Shown one piece after another: positions 39,111 to 52,596 of a stretch of DNA of 64,000 nucleotides. The notes beneath the pieces were generated by a model. It made no database searches and had not been told where the DNA came from. It worked only from the letters and a program-made list of their open reading frames with translations. Where the stretch lies: assembly GCA_048128005.1 (NCBI GenBank), contig JBEUKZ010000103.1:62001-126000 (forward strand), read 5' to 3'. The position numbers and the translations under genes are program-made. The stretch is from Veleropilina oligotropha. Its lineage: Eukaryota. Positions within the stretch are counted from its first letter, which is position 1. The number at the start of each line of letters is the position of its first letter.

Positions 39111-41972
39111 AGGGCTTCAAGCTTTCAGGCTTGAAGCCCTATTGTTATTCTACGAATTATTATTATGATTCTGATTCTGATTTATTATTTTCTCCACGAT
39201 TTTGTGACAGCGATAACTCATAAACTGCCAGAGCTACAGCAATAAAATTTTGCAGGCTTATAGGTGCATTAGTGAAGTTGTGCCGCGTCCTTAACGTACT
39301 GTCTGGGAATTGCGGTTTGGCCGCCATTTTGAATATATTAAAACTTTAAAAAAATCTTCTTCTCAAAAACCGCCAATGACAGCGAGGGGAGACTTTCCAG
39401 ATATGATTGACGTACTAAGGGAAAGTTAAATTGCAAGCGACAAATCGATCGGTCGTAAAAGGAGGCCGCTGCGTGCGTCTGAAGATTGCGGTGCGCATTT
39501 AAAAATTTAAATCAATTTAAAATGGCTATATCGTGAAAATGATGCACCGTAGACCCATGGTTACTATGGGGAGCCTATGGGAAGTCATGGTTGGGCTTTC
39601 AAATTTGACCTTGACCTTTGACCTCAGTTGACCTACATTGCAGGAAATGGCCTAATTAAGGAAAAAATGCATATATGTGGGCCTATAGTGCATGAAATGA
39701 ACTCCTATTGACGTGTGTAGTCAACATTTACCAAATTTACAAGATAAAATTGAAAAACAGGAAGTGGCTCGACCGCCATTAAAGCTTTTATTTCAAGTGG
39801 CAATATATCAACAATGATGCGCCGTGGACACATAGTTACTATGGGGAGCCTATGGGAAGTCATGGTTGGGCTTTCAAATGTGACCTTGACCTTTGACCTC
39901 AGTTGACCTACATTGCGAAAAATGACCTATTTAAGGAAAAATGCATATATGCTTGCCCATAGTGGCTAAAATGAACTCCTATTGACGTGCGTAGTCGCTA
40001 TTTACCTAATTTCCAAGATAAAATTAAAAACAGGAAGTGCCTCGGCGGCCATTAAAGCATTTGTTAGAAGTGGAAATATATCAACAAGGATGCACCGTGG
40101 ACACATAGTTACTATGGGGACCCTATGGGAAGTCATGGTTGATCTTTCACATGTGACCTTGACCTTTGACCTCAGTTGACCTACATTGCAGGAAATGACC
40201 TAATTAAGGAAAACGACATATTTCCGCCAGAAAAAGACATGTTTGCCAGAAAATGGTCAGGAAATGGCAAACTCTGTTAATATTGATGCTAGAGCTTAGA
40301 TATTTTAAATTAGGATAATAAAAAAATTCGAAAAAAAAAAAAAATGGCTACCACATTTTCCTTAAAAAGGCCAGAACTGGAGACCTACGTGGCGTACAGA
40401 CCTGAAATTTGCGGCATTCGATTCAGTGTATATATTAATAAAATTCTAAGGAAAAAAATTAAAATATTTAAAAATTAAATTTAAAAGTTAAAAAAAAAAA
40501 AAAAAAAAAAAAATGGCTGCAAGCGATAGGACGCGATCAGCTTGAAGCCCTGTACAGCTGCTTGCAGCTTTAATTATGATTTATTATTTTCTCCACGATT
40601 TTGTGACAGCGATAACTCAAAAACTGCCAGAGCTACAGCAATAAAATTTTGCAGGCTTATAGGTGCATTAGTGAAGTTGTGCCGCATCCTTAACGTACTG
40701 TCTAGGAATTGCGGTTTGGCCGCCATTTTGAATATATTAAAACTTTAAAAAAATCTTCTTCTCAAAAACCGCCAATGACAGCGAGGGAAGACTTTCCAGA
40801 TATGATTGACGTACTAAGGGGAAGTTAAATTGCAAGCGACAAATCGATCGGTCGTAAAAAGAGGCCGCTGCGTGCGTCTGAAGATTGCGGCGCGCATTTA
40901 AAAATTTAAATAAATTTAAAATGGCTATATCGTGAAAATGATGCACCGTAGACCCATGGTTACTATGGGGAGCCTATGGGAAGTCATGGTTGGGCTTTCA
41001 AATTTGACCTTGACCTTTGACCTCAGTTGACCTACATTGCAGGAAATGGCCTAATTAAGGAAAAATGCATATATGTGGGCCTATAGTGCATGAAATGAAC
41101 TCCTATTGACGTGTGTAGTCAACATTTACCAAATTTACAAGATAAAATTGAAAAACAGGAAGTGGCTCGACCGCCATTAAAGCTTTTATTTCAAGTGGCA
41201 ATATATCAACAATGATGCGCCGTGGACACATAGTTACTATGGGGAGCCTATGGGAAGTCATGGTTGGGCTTTCAAATGTGACCTTGACCTTTGACCTCAG
41301 TTGACCTACATTGCGAAAAATGACCTATTTAAGGAAAAATGCATATATGCTTGCCCATAGTGGCTAAAATGAACTCCTATTGACGTGCGTAGTCGCTATT
41401 TACCAAATTTCCAAGATAAAATTAAAAACAGGAAGTGCCTCGGCGGCCATTAAAGCATTTGTTAGAAGTGGAAATATATCAACAAGGATGAACCGTGGAC
41501 ACATAGTTACTATGGGGACCCTATGGGAAGTCATGGTTGATCTTTCACATGTGACCTTGACCTTTGACCTCAGTTGACCTACATTGCAGGAAATGACATA
41601 ATTAAGGAAAACGACATATTTCCGCCAGAAAAAGACATGTTTGCCAGAAAATGGTCAGGAAATGGCAAACTCTGTTAATATTGATGCTAGAGCTTAGATA
41701 TTTTAAATTAGGATAATAAAAAAATTCGAAAAAAAAAAAAAATGGCTACCACATTTTCCTTAAAAAGGCCAGAACTGGAGACCTACGTGGCGTACAGACC
41801 TGAAATTTGCGGCATTCGATTCAGTGTATATATTAATAAAATTCTAAGGAAAAAAATTAAAATATTTAAAAATTAAATTTAAAAGTTAAAAAAAAAAAAA
41901 AAAAAAAAAAATGGCTGCAATCGATAGGACGCGATCAGCTTGAAGCCCTCTACAGCTGCTTGCAGCTTTAAT

Positions 41973-44900
41973 TATGATTTATTATTTTCTCCACGATTTT
42001 GTGACAGCGATAACTCAAAAACTGCCAGAGCTACAGCAATAAAATTTTGCAGGCTTATAGGTGCATTAGTGAAGTTGTGCCGCGTCCTTAACCTAGTCTC
42101 TAGGTCGCATAGTTTCGTCGTTATCATGTGTTTTGTAAAAAAAACACCACTTTTTAAAAAATCTTCTTCTCCGAAAGCAGTAAAGCCAGCGAGACGAAAC
42201 TTGCCACAGGTGATGTAGGCTTCATCACCAAGTATCTTTGCAGACAACAAGTTGATCGGTCTAACAACAAGGTAGCTACGAGCGTCTGAATCTTGCAAAA
42301 AAGTTGAATTTTTTACAATTTTTACATCGGCTATAACTCTTATTCTGCTTTAACTATAGTCTTCAACCTTCGCTGAGTGGTAGACGCTTTCTGTAAGTTA
42401 ATTTTGCTACAAAGAAGATATTTCTGCGTGATGTGGTTAAGCCGCCATCTTGGATTGTTTGAAAAACTTCAAACGTCATTTTCTCTGCAATCGTCTGTCC
42501 GATCACAATGAAACTTCGTAGGTGGGAACGTTGTGTTATGTTCTTATAAATGTATAATAAACCAAAAAATATTAGTATGAAAATATTAAGAGCAAAAGTC
42601 ATTTGAAATTTAAAATTTCAATTAGTCGTATCTTCCTTAATATTTAATTATTTGAAACGAAATAAAGTTCATTATGAACACATCAAATTTATCTAACGCA
42701 ATATATAAAAAAGCTATCACTTATTTAAGTTAATTTAAAGATATAGACATTTTTTGACATCATTTTGTAACTGCTATAACTTAGGTTGTACGGGGACCAT
42801 CAAGTGGTAAATTTAACACTAGTGCCATCTTAGGGGAAATAATATATATGCATATTTTCGAATAGCTGGGAGTGGTAATACTGCAAAAAGACAGTGTATT
42901 TTTTATGTAGCAACTATATCTGGCTGGCTTAAAGTAATTTATTACCCTGTGTCAACAAAGCCCCCATGGTCTTGTATTGACATTATGGCCACCTAATTAC
43001 TTTGTATCAATAAACTGTGGCCATCCCACTGCCTGCAGAGATATAAGAAATTAGTATGTCGTAAAAACTAGGGAAGGAGACAGAACTAGGTTTTAGTCTA
43101 TACGTACGCTCCTTGCAAACGGGAATATAAGGTCAATGCAAGCATATATAAGTCTATTTAAGTATATGTAATTGTGCATACAAGGCAAATCTTTTGCTTG
43201 TGATTAGAATTGCGTCTCGTTAAACACTTGCAAACCACAGTGACAATCATACGTCAATGCAAGCATATATAAGTCTATTTAAGTATATGTAATTGTGCAT
43301 ACAAGGCAAATCTTTTGCTTGTGATTAGAATTGCGTCTCGTTAAACACTTGCAAACCACAGTGACAATCATACGCAACATTAACTTATTAAATATTGCAA
43401 ATCAATATTTCTAGTTTAATTGATCAGTTAAATGTTTATGCTAACATCTCTCAAGGGCTTGGCACAAGACTAGCCTTTAAGTAAACACAATCGCCCAGCT
43501 GCCTGGACGTTATGATGTAATGTCAATAAAGACAGCCCACCACTTTGAAAGTGGTCTTGATAGGTGTTCCTTGTGGTCAAAGGGAGGTAATTTTAAAGGG
43601 CCTGTAGGCTGTAGCCTACAAGCAATTTATATCAGTGAAAATGTCTCTTAATAAGCCTATCACACGAAGTACATGAAGCAATTCCATTTATGGCTGTCAT
43701 GACAATTTATCTCCATGAGGCAGAGATGTGAATGGGTCCAGTGTAAATATTGGCCAGGCAGCCTAGCTGACTTCAGAGGGTTATGTAATATCACTGCAGG
43801 TTTATAAGGTCAACCTACCTTTGAGGCAAGCGCTGGTCGGTTTCCACTGGTCTAGGGTAAAGAATATAATTGCAAGTAATTGTCAAAATAGTTATATCCG
43901 CTTATATATGTGTGCGTATATAATCTTATTATATTTCCTATGGGTTCCTATGTCATGATTTATCTCTAATGTATGTCGGTCACATCGGATTGAGACCTTA
44001 AACCGGGTGACCTGATTGCTTTAAGGCTGAAAAATTGCCAAAGTGGTCGTGAAATAAAGTTGTCTACTCAACTCAACTATATATAAACAAGTTATAGTAA
44101 AGTATATTTTCTGTATATTTTTGTGCACTAGGGCGTTGGAGAACTCAGAAGCGATTCCATATAATTTACTATTTTACCAACTGCACAGACAAACGTTGTA
44201 TACTCATTAATAAGTACAATGCATTTGCGACATAATAATTGATACATCATATTGCTAGCAATAGACAACTTACACAAGGGGACCCGACTCGGTGCCAATA
44301 TTTAATATCCTGAAATTAATATGAAGCTCAACCATCACTAAGGCAAACGCTAACATTGTGTAAGGTATATTAATAAGATAATACGATTGCAATGGTCTAA
44401 GTGCATTCAGAAGAACAAATATATTGTGATTAAACACACTCATGAATATATTAAATTATCTTGTCAAAGAACAGTTATCTAATGATCAAACCTACGTATG
44501 CTAATTTACAGATAATTTAGCATGTGGCAGACAAAAATATCAGGGAATTTTTGAGTGCCGGGTAAAATAAATTTCAATGTAACTTTTTCGACGTTTTACA
44601 AATATTATGCATCTCAAAAGCAATTTCCTGATACCTGAGTGACATTTAGATCATATATTTACAATGTATATTATAAAATGTACATTTAAAATGTATATAT
44701 GCTTGTTTTATAAATTAATTATTCAAATGTGTAGTCTACATTTGCAAGATAAAATTGAAAGGCAGGAAGTGCCTCGGCGGCCATTAAAGGCAGGAAGTGC
44801 CTCGGCGGCCATTAAAGGCAGGAAGTGCCTCGGCGCCCATTAAAGGCAGGAAGTGCCTCGGCGGCCATTAAAGCTTTTGTTTTGACTACCTGGTAGATGC

Positions 44901-46509
44901 TGTGTGCATGAAATTGATATCGCTTTTTGGAACGCATTTCAATTGTGTTTGATAGAAGGCATTGCATGAACGAACTGTTACCTTACCATCTGTAAGGAAG
45001 AATTTTTGCTATCAGATATTTTATAATAAAGTGTTGTGCATATATGACAATGGATAGTCATACTATTTGCTAATGTTTAATAAGATATGTAAATGCATAA
45101 TTAAATTTTTGTGTTTTAATGACTGCACCATATATGGCAAAATGGAAGTTGTTACTGTTTAGTAAAGCCTAGTGCATGTTGGGCTTGCGACTGGATACAA
45201 TCAGTCGAAAGCCGTTTCCTGCGACCAGTTGCTCGAGTTGCCAGAACCAGGAGTATCGAAACAGACGCCGGTCTCTGCCGATATGTGTGTACCTGGGACT
45301 GCTTGCGCCGAAAAATCGCCAGTTACTCTTCGGCGACTGGATCGATCCAGTTGGATCAGAATATATGATCTTGACAATATGATTAAAAAAGTTTGCGCGG
45401 GACAAATTCATCGGACATAAGATGAGGCCGCCATCTTGGATTACGTCATAAACTAGCTTATTTTATAACTTTGTTAATATTTAACCTAGCGGGACATGAT
45501 TTATATATTCGGATATCATATACGCTTGTCTTTCAAATTTGACCTTGACCTTTGACCTCAGTTGACCTACATTGCAGGAAATGACCTAATTAAGGAAAAA
45601 TGCATATATGTGGGCCTATAGTGCATGAAATGAACTCCTATTGACGTGTGTAGTCAACATTTACCAAATTTACAAGATAAAATTGAAAAACAGGAAGTGC
45701 CTCGACGGCCATTAAAGCTTTTCTTTCAAGTGGCAATATATCAACAAGGATGCGCCGTGGACACATAGTTACTATGGGGAGCCTATGGGAAGTCATGGTT
45801 GGGCTTTCAAATGTGACCTTGACCTTTGACCTCAGTTGACCTACATTGCGAAAAATGACCTAATTAAGGAAAAATGCATATATGCTTGCCCGTAGTGGCT
45901 AAAATGAACTCCTATTGACGTGCGTAGTCGCTATTTACCAAATTTCCAAGATAAAATTAAAAAACAGGAAGTGCCTCGGCGGCCATTAAAGCATTTGTTA
46001 GAAGTGGCAATATATCAACAAGGATGCACCGTGGACACATAGTTACTATGGGGACCCTATGGGAAGTCATGGTTGATCTTTCACATGTGACCTTGACCTT
46101 TGACCTCAGTTGACCTACATTGCAGAAAATGACCTAATTAAGGAAAACGACATATTTTTGCCAGAAAATGGTCGGAAAATGGCCAAGTCGGTTAATATTG
46201 ATGCTAGGGCTTACATATTTTAACATAGGATATTAAAAAAATTCGAAAAAACAAACAAAATGGCCGCCACATGATCCTTAAAAAGGCCATAACTCGAGAA
46301 CGACGTGTCGTACAGACCTGAAAATAGCGGCATTCGATTCAGAGTGTCCATATGTATGAATTAAGGAAATTAAGGAGAATTTTTTTTGTAATTTTTACAA
46401 AAAAATTAAATCTAAAAGTTAAAAAAAAATAAAAAAATAAAAATTTGGCTGCAAGCGATAGGACGCGCGATCAGCTTGAAGCCCTCTACAGCTGCTTGCA
46501 GCTTTAATT
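41973..46509 (+). mobile_element. Long HINE-like body (copy 2)
   Basis: Near-identical to 34755-39110, plus a ~120-bp tandem duplication at ~43132-43373 and two extra 28-bp units at ~44761-44872. Confidence 0.75.
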
Positions 46510-48570
46510 ATTATTATTATTATTATTTAATACATTTATAATGCACCTATTCTAGTGTAGCTCTAAGCGCAGTACAAACTATAACTAATATTACAGTACA
46601 ATGTACACAAGAATATACAGGAGAGACATCAATGATACATACTATGAATGCAATAAGCAATAATAATAATAAACAGAATATTTTTTTGTTGAGTTTTTTC
46701 AATTTTATTAATTTTTTTTTACAAGCGCAATCAGACAAAGAGGTGAAGCAGCCCCTGCGTGAACTTCAACCAACTTTGAATGGTACATATGATGAATGCT
46801 ATAAGCTATAACAATGAACAGATGTGAAGCAGTCATTACTGTCCTCCACTACTACGATGTCAGCTGAATTGTTAGTGAGATTTGATCAGGTTGGCATATA
46901 CATCAGCAAATAGGTGTGTTTTCAACGTCTTCCGAAAACTTGTCTGAGATGTGCTTTCCTTTACTTTAGATGGGAGTTTGTTCCAGAGTTTTGGGGCATT
47001 GTTGATAAATGCTCTATCGCCATATTTATTCATTGTTCTATTCTCTGTCAACTGTTGTAATTGCTGCGACCTAAGTGCTCTAATAGGTCGATATTGAGCC
47101 AGAAGTTCAATAATATATCCAGGCGCTTTTCCTTGAAGAGAATTGTAAACGAATGTAAGAATTTTGAAGATAATCCGTTTCTCAACAGGGAGCCAGTGTA
47201 GGCTATATAGCAGCGGGGTTGCATGGTCCCTTGGCTGGGCAAGTAAAATCAGCCTGGCTGCGGCATTCTGAACTTGCTGCAATCTGTTAATGAGGCTTGC
47301 GTTTATTCCGAAAAGTAAACTGTTGGAATAATCAAGGCGAGATATGACATATGCATGCACAAGAAGCTTCGTTGCATCTGGTGTTAAAAAACGACGGATG
47401 CGTCTGATGTTTCTTAGAAAGAATAATGAGCATTTAACTTTATCAGAGACGAATTTTTCCATCGACATAGTGTTGTCGAAGTAAGCACCCAAATTTCTTA
47501 CAAATTCGCTGGAGTTTATTTCAGTTTCACCAACTTGTATGTTTACATCTCGGACCTTTGTGATGTTACTTCTTGAGCCAAATATAATAAACTCAGTTTT
47601 ATCATCATTGAGTTTCAGCATGTTTGTGCACATCCAGTGTTTGATCTCTGAAACACAGCTCTCCAATATGTCTAGGCTTGCCTTGAAGGAGCTTTTGGGA
47701 TCAAATGCAACATATATTTGACTGTCATCTGCGTAGAAATGATAGGACAGATTATATTTGGAGGCAATCGCTGCTACGGGTGTGACATACATCGAAAACA
47801 GAATCGGACCTAAGACGGAACCTTGTGGCACACCGTAAGGGAGAGAGGCAGGGTCACATTTCATGCCGTTTATGACGACGGTTTGTTTTCGCTCATGTAG
47901 ATATGACTTGATCCATGTAAGCGCTGATTGCTTGATTCAAAAGTAGGCGTTCAGGCGGTTAAACAGAATTTGGTGGTCAATTGTATCGAAAGCTGCACTC
48001 AGGTCAAGCAAGGCGAGAGCAACCATTGATTTCTGATGTAGAGATTGAAGTATGTCATTCTGAACCTTTAAAAGGGCTGTTTCTGTGGAGTGAATCATGC
48101 GATACGCTGATTGGTACTTGTCCAAAAGCATGTGATTTTTCAAGTGAGAATTTAATCGAATTGCTACAACACGTTCCACAAGTTTTGAAATAAAAATTAG
48201 ATTAGAAACCGGTCGATAATTTTTCAGATTGTTTTGATCCAAATTGGCCTTTTTCAGTAAGGGCTTTACCAATGCGCTCTTGAAAATTTCTGGAACTTCT
48301 GCATTGGATAATGACATGTTGACAAGCCGCGTCAAAATTGGCAACAATTCATCTGAACATGTTTTCAGCATCCATGATGGTAGAGGGTCGAGTGGGCACG
48401 TAGATGATGATGACCGCATAATGATCGACCTAATTTCATCATTCGTTGCAACTTCAAACGTTAAGAGTTGAATGTCATTACGTTTCGAATCTAAAGATTC
48501 ATAGATTTCATCGGTGGTTGATTGCATTTGCGATAACGAAATTGTGTTTCGTATTTTGATTATTTTATCA
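46510..48570 (-). mobile_element. 5'-truncated L2-like LINE with RT, 3' UTR and (TAA)n tail
   Basis: ORFs 47937-48527 (NYRPVSNL..LLDLSAAFDT) and 46872-47864 (GVPQGSVLGP, YADD, SRLDY.N, LHWLP); frameshift near 47935; 3' end GCATTATAAATGTATTAAA(TAA)n. Confidence 0.92.
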
Positions 48571-49945
48571 ACTTACTAGTTTCTTTAACAGTATATTGCT
48601 TATGTTGTCGTATCCACTACTAGTTTTATTTTTTAAATTTAAAATTGTTTTTGTAACTTCTTCTAAATTCGTAGGGGAGAGGAATAAGCTAGTCTCTGAT
48701 CGTTCAGTCATGTAATCACTGAATGTTTTGTTTGAGGGTCTTATTTTGTCGGCAAGTTTCTTGCCTATGGTTGCAAAATACCCGTTGAATTTGTTACATA
48801 TTTCGAATGGATTATAAGTTTTAATGCCTTCACAGTTGATGTAGTCTGGAACACCTGACTTATGCTTATATTGTCCAAGGATGTTGTTAATTATTATCCA
48901 TAGTTTTCTTGAGTCGTTTTTGAATTTAGCTAGTCTATCGGCATAATACTTTGTTTTTGCAATACGTTTCAGTTTATTGTACATGTTTCTATAAGTTATG
49001 TATTTTGTATATTTTGCACAGTTTTTTTCCGTTCCGATAGCTTGTCGATATAATTTTTCGCATTGTTTGGTGCTTTTTAAAAGTCCCTGTGTCATAAAAG
49101 GATCATTAATGATGTTTTTTGGCGATATGGTCATTATTGTTTCAGGAGCTATGTTGTCGATTGTATTTTGTATTACTTTAGAATATATCTCAAATCCATC
49201 ATTTGCATCGTAGTTGTTCAGTATATTCCAATTGTAGTTCTTTAAAGAAGCATTTATTTTATTGATTTTATTTTCATTAAGTTTTCTACTCTTTATTTTC
49301 AACGGCATGGTCCGTCTTTTGTCGATGCCACAATCCCAAACATGGTAAATGATCAGACAGATCAGCAGTTAGTATAGCAGATTTGAAGTGTTTGGCTAAT
49401 GTATTAGAAATGTATATATTGTCGATTAGGGTCGCACTTTGGTGTGTGATTCTTGTCGGTTTGGTTATCAATGGCAAAAGACCGTTTGTTAAAGTTATTT
49501 CCAGAAATAATTCAGTATTGGTGTGTTTATTTATTTTAAGGAAGTCTAGGTTTTGATCGCTTCCAATGATTATATCTTTATTTTCTGTATTGATTTTTTG
49601 CAGCAGAGCATTGTATTCGTCCAGAAACATCTTTTCATTGGTTCCTGGGACTCGATAGATTTCTCCTACGATGATATTTTTTTTCTTTTTACAATCTATT
49701 TCGATGAAGCATGACTCTATTTCCCCTTCGTAAAAAATATTTAGGTCACTTCGTTCAGTATATTGAATGCCTTTTTTAACAAATACGCACACCCCTCCTG
49801 TTTTTTTGGATTCACGGTGTTTTTATACTAGATGTAGTCTTTTAATTCACATTGGTTTATATTCATATTATGTATAAACGTTTCGCAAAGTAGTATTATA
49901 TCAATTGGGTATCCGTTTCCGTTTATTTTGGCTAGTAATTGTTGT
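48571..49945 (-). pseudogene. CR1-like LINE ORF2, AP endonuclease and linker (5' half of the element continued at 28315)
   Basis: LLCET, GGVCVFVK, IYRVP, GSDQNLD, PTRIT..SATLIDNI, SDHLP, ...SSGYDNISNILLKKLVS; frameshifted. Confidence 0.9.
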
Positions 49946-49946
49946 A

Positions 49947-50484
49947 GATAGATAGATAGATGTTTATTTGTCTTTCATTACAATTTGGTTACATAGTAGT
50001 ACATAATAATAATAATAATAACATAATAGAAAGACAGGACGACAGTTGAGCCAAATGCTGGCTGTTCCTTAATTAGGTACCGCCGCCCCTATATATATGT
50101 ATATTTATTTTATAGTATATGTAATAAATCAATCATATGATAATATACATGTGACAGTGTTGTTATGTGATTAGTTAGTTGATGTGACTGTTAGTAAGAA
50201 GCGTTTTTGTAACAGGTGTGATGTCTTTTGGGTGCATGCAGAAGTTGTTATGTCATGTGTGTTGAGCTGTAGTGGCTGCGTTAATATCTGTTCATCTTAA
50301 GTTTGATATATTCCTTTGTAAATGATTTCACATTTTTTTTTAGTTTTAGATCAGGTGATAGTTTTCCCCATACCAATGGCATTTTGCACAGAATGCTACG
50401 GTTAAATACTGATGTATTATGGCGTTGAATAATTGGGCCATGTCTATTTCTGGTATTATAATTGTGATAATGGGCATTATGTAT
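49947..50484 (-). mobile_element. 3' end of a CR1/L2-group LINE with (ATCT)n tail
   Basis: Minus strand HNYNTRNRH...FNRSILCKMPLVWGKLSPDLK..VKSFTKEYIKLKMNRY-stop (stop at ~50282), then a UTR and the (GATA)n run on the plus strand. Confidence 0.75.
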
Positions 50485-50486
50485 AG

Positions 50487-50588
50487 GTTAACCAACATGG
50501 GACTGTTGATTCTTAAAAAATAATGCACGAGGGCCGACAGGCCCGAGTGCATTAATTTTCAAGAATCAACAGTCCCAAGTTGGTTAAC
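50487..50588. mobile_element. Palindromic non-autonomous element core (Crypton-like)
   Basis: GTTAACCAAC...GTTGGTTAAC arms; core GCAC-GA-GGGCC-GACA-GGCCC-GA-GTGC. Confidence 0.5.
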
Positions 50589-50749
50589 TTATTTAATCCA
50601 TTTTGACAATATTAGCTATTTGTTATATTTTAAACATTATTATATACATGAAATCGCCAATTTAAAAGCAAAAACTCGGAAAACATAAGATTGTAAACAT
50701 TGATGAAAATTTCAAACTTGAAGAAGATACGAAGGTCGACGATAGAAAT

Positions 50750-50851
50750 ATGTACTGCACAGATTGCGACGATCTCATATCGGCGGCTGATGTTAGCAGT
50801 CACAAAAAACATGACATTGTGACACTGAGTGAAGCACATTCGATTTTCAAG
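50750..50851 (+). CDS. Candidate exon with a degenerate B-box (TRIM-like gene); true 5' boundary unknown
   Basis: MYCTDCDDLISAADVSSHKKHDIVTLSEAHSIFK followed by donor GTAAAT (phase 0). Confidence 0.55.
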
Positions 50852-51427
50852 GTAAATTTATTTACTACCTGCTTTGCGATCACACTCAGGAAAGCCTTAT
50901 CATAATTCTTGTCTGTCCAGCGACGTATGTCGCAAATATTAGACTAATATAATATATCTTTAATACTCTATGATTTACGGTTGATTTTAGCTATACTAGT
51001 TGTGTATAAAGTGTCGCATATACATGGTTAAGACACGATTTTTATGACCATTAATACATTTTTTACGTGTGCATTGCCTCGAAAAGTGACTACGTTCTCG
51101 ATCAACCATGTTGTGATTTTTATTTAATGTATGGACAAGTTATTTTGGCATTTTTTGACGTTGGTAATTATCAAAACTACAACTGATAATATAATTGAAA
51201 TTGGTTTAGTTGTACCTTTTGCACATTTCCATATGATTCTTTACACATATACATACATGTCAACTGCCATTATTGATCAAATTGTACTAGGAAGTTTCAT
51301 GTATAACATTGTAGCAACGAGAAAATATGAGCATATATAATTTAATATTATAATTTATTGATTACAATTTATCGGAACATACATTGTAACATAACATGTG
51401 TGCTTAGGCAATCTAGTTGTACATTAT

Positions 51428-51589
51428 ATAGAGGGTATTTGATGGTATGTCCGAAATATTAAATATATTTTGTTTAGTGAAATATATCCTAGCGCATTCA
51501 TGAAGGCCTGAAGCCTTGAGTGAATCGGCTACGATATAGTTCATGAGACAAAATATATTTAATATTTCAGACAACATTTAATACTCTAT
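51428..51589. mobile_element. Palindromic non-autonomous element core (Crypton-like), diverged
   Basis: GAAATATTAAATATATTTTGT / ACAAAATATATTTAATATTTC arms; core TTCAT-GA-AGGC-CTGAA-GCCT-TGA-GTGAA. Confidence 0.45.
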
Positions 51590-52596
51590 TTATTATATAA
51601 ATGGGTTTAATAGTTATCAATTAAATAATGTTAACATTGTAAAGCCATGTTTATTTTTGTGGAAGAACGAACATACGCGCTGTTGACGTTGTAATGTTGA
51701 AAGTAGTTCGCCATTATAATGTCGCCAAGGACAACTTTTCTACGACGTAAAGTTATGGTTTTAATAAATTCACTCATGAAATTATGGAAAACAATTTCAC
51801 TCGCATGAGTGAAATTATAGATGAGTGAATTACTGATTATATTTATGCTATATAATAAGCCTAATTCCATTATTGATGCTATATAAAAATGACCAAGATA
51901 AATGTCAGAAGCAGTAGTAGCTAGTGCTTATTAATGTTGCGCATACGTTCCAGGTTAAACTTGATGAGGCTACTGGCAACATTGATCTGATGCAGTCTAC
52001 TTTGGAATCGGATTTGGATAGATCCAAGGTAGGGAATCGCACAACGTACGCGTGACATTCTAAGACGAAATAGCGCTTATAGTTATACGTGTAATTAGTT
52101 TTAGCACCCCTTGGTACTCTAGAAACTCTTCGGAAGATTAAATATTCTTCCCATGATAATAATATGGATAATATAACATCCATTACATCATTATTTATAA
52201 TGAAATTGGCTGCAGTATATATATGCTGAAAGTATTGGTTTTCATCAGATCACACAAAGTTATGCAACGTTGAGAACAAACTGTGTCGACTGTCCAGAAG
52301 AATGATAAGGAGAGACGCTGGCTGAATGCAGTACACAAGCACCTTCTGATACGACAACAGGGATCCTTTCTACAGAATTACCAAAAAATTAACTGAGTTT
52401 AAAAGAGTCGGATGTTGACGTATAGTAGTTTGAATAGACATAGGGGACTTCAGGAACTTAAGTTAGCTCCCCGGTGAGACAAAAAAGTAGTTAGAATATA
52501 TTTAGCACAATCTAATAAAATACAGTGCTGTGCAGTACATCATTGATCAACACATTTATTTGAGAAGATATTGTTATTGGTTCCAAGTGATGACAT

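Larger units (their letters stand above)
28318..46509 (+). mobile_element. 18-kb nested/tandem stack of non-autonomous Helentron-associated (HINE-like) elements
   Basis: Head: AGGGCTTCAAGC-n-GCTTGAAGCCCT then (TTA)n. Tail: GCTTGAAGCCCT, hairpin AGCTGC-TT-GCAGCT, TTAATT. Heads at 28318, 28376, 28436, 28487, 29941, 39111; tails end at ~29940, 33372, 34754, 39110, 40575, 41972, 46509. Bodies carry ~300-bp internal tandem units. Confidence 0.8.

Noticed and set aside
29348..45420. Recurrent short ORFs in the HINE bodies (MTCVVAIY..., MKPCTAAC..., MHVGLATG...)
   Set aside because: They recur only because the DNA is repeated; mostly non-ATG starts and no recognisable domain.
50376..50403. MAFCTECYG on the plus strand as a first B-box of the TRIM-like gene
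   Set aside because: The same bases are better explained as a LINE ORF2 C-terminus on the minus strand.
52249..52419. Possible exon between the B-box and coiled-coil exons
   Set aside because: Plausible acceptor, but stops in all three frames and a weak donor; at best a decayed exon.
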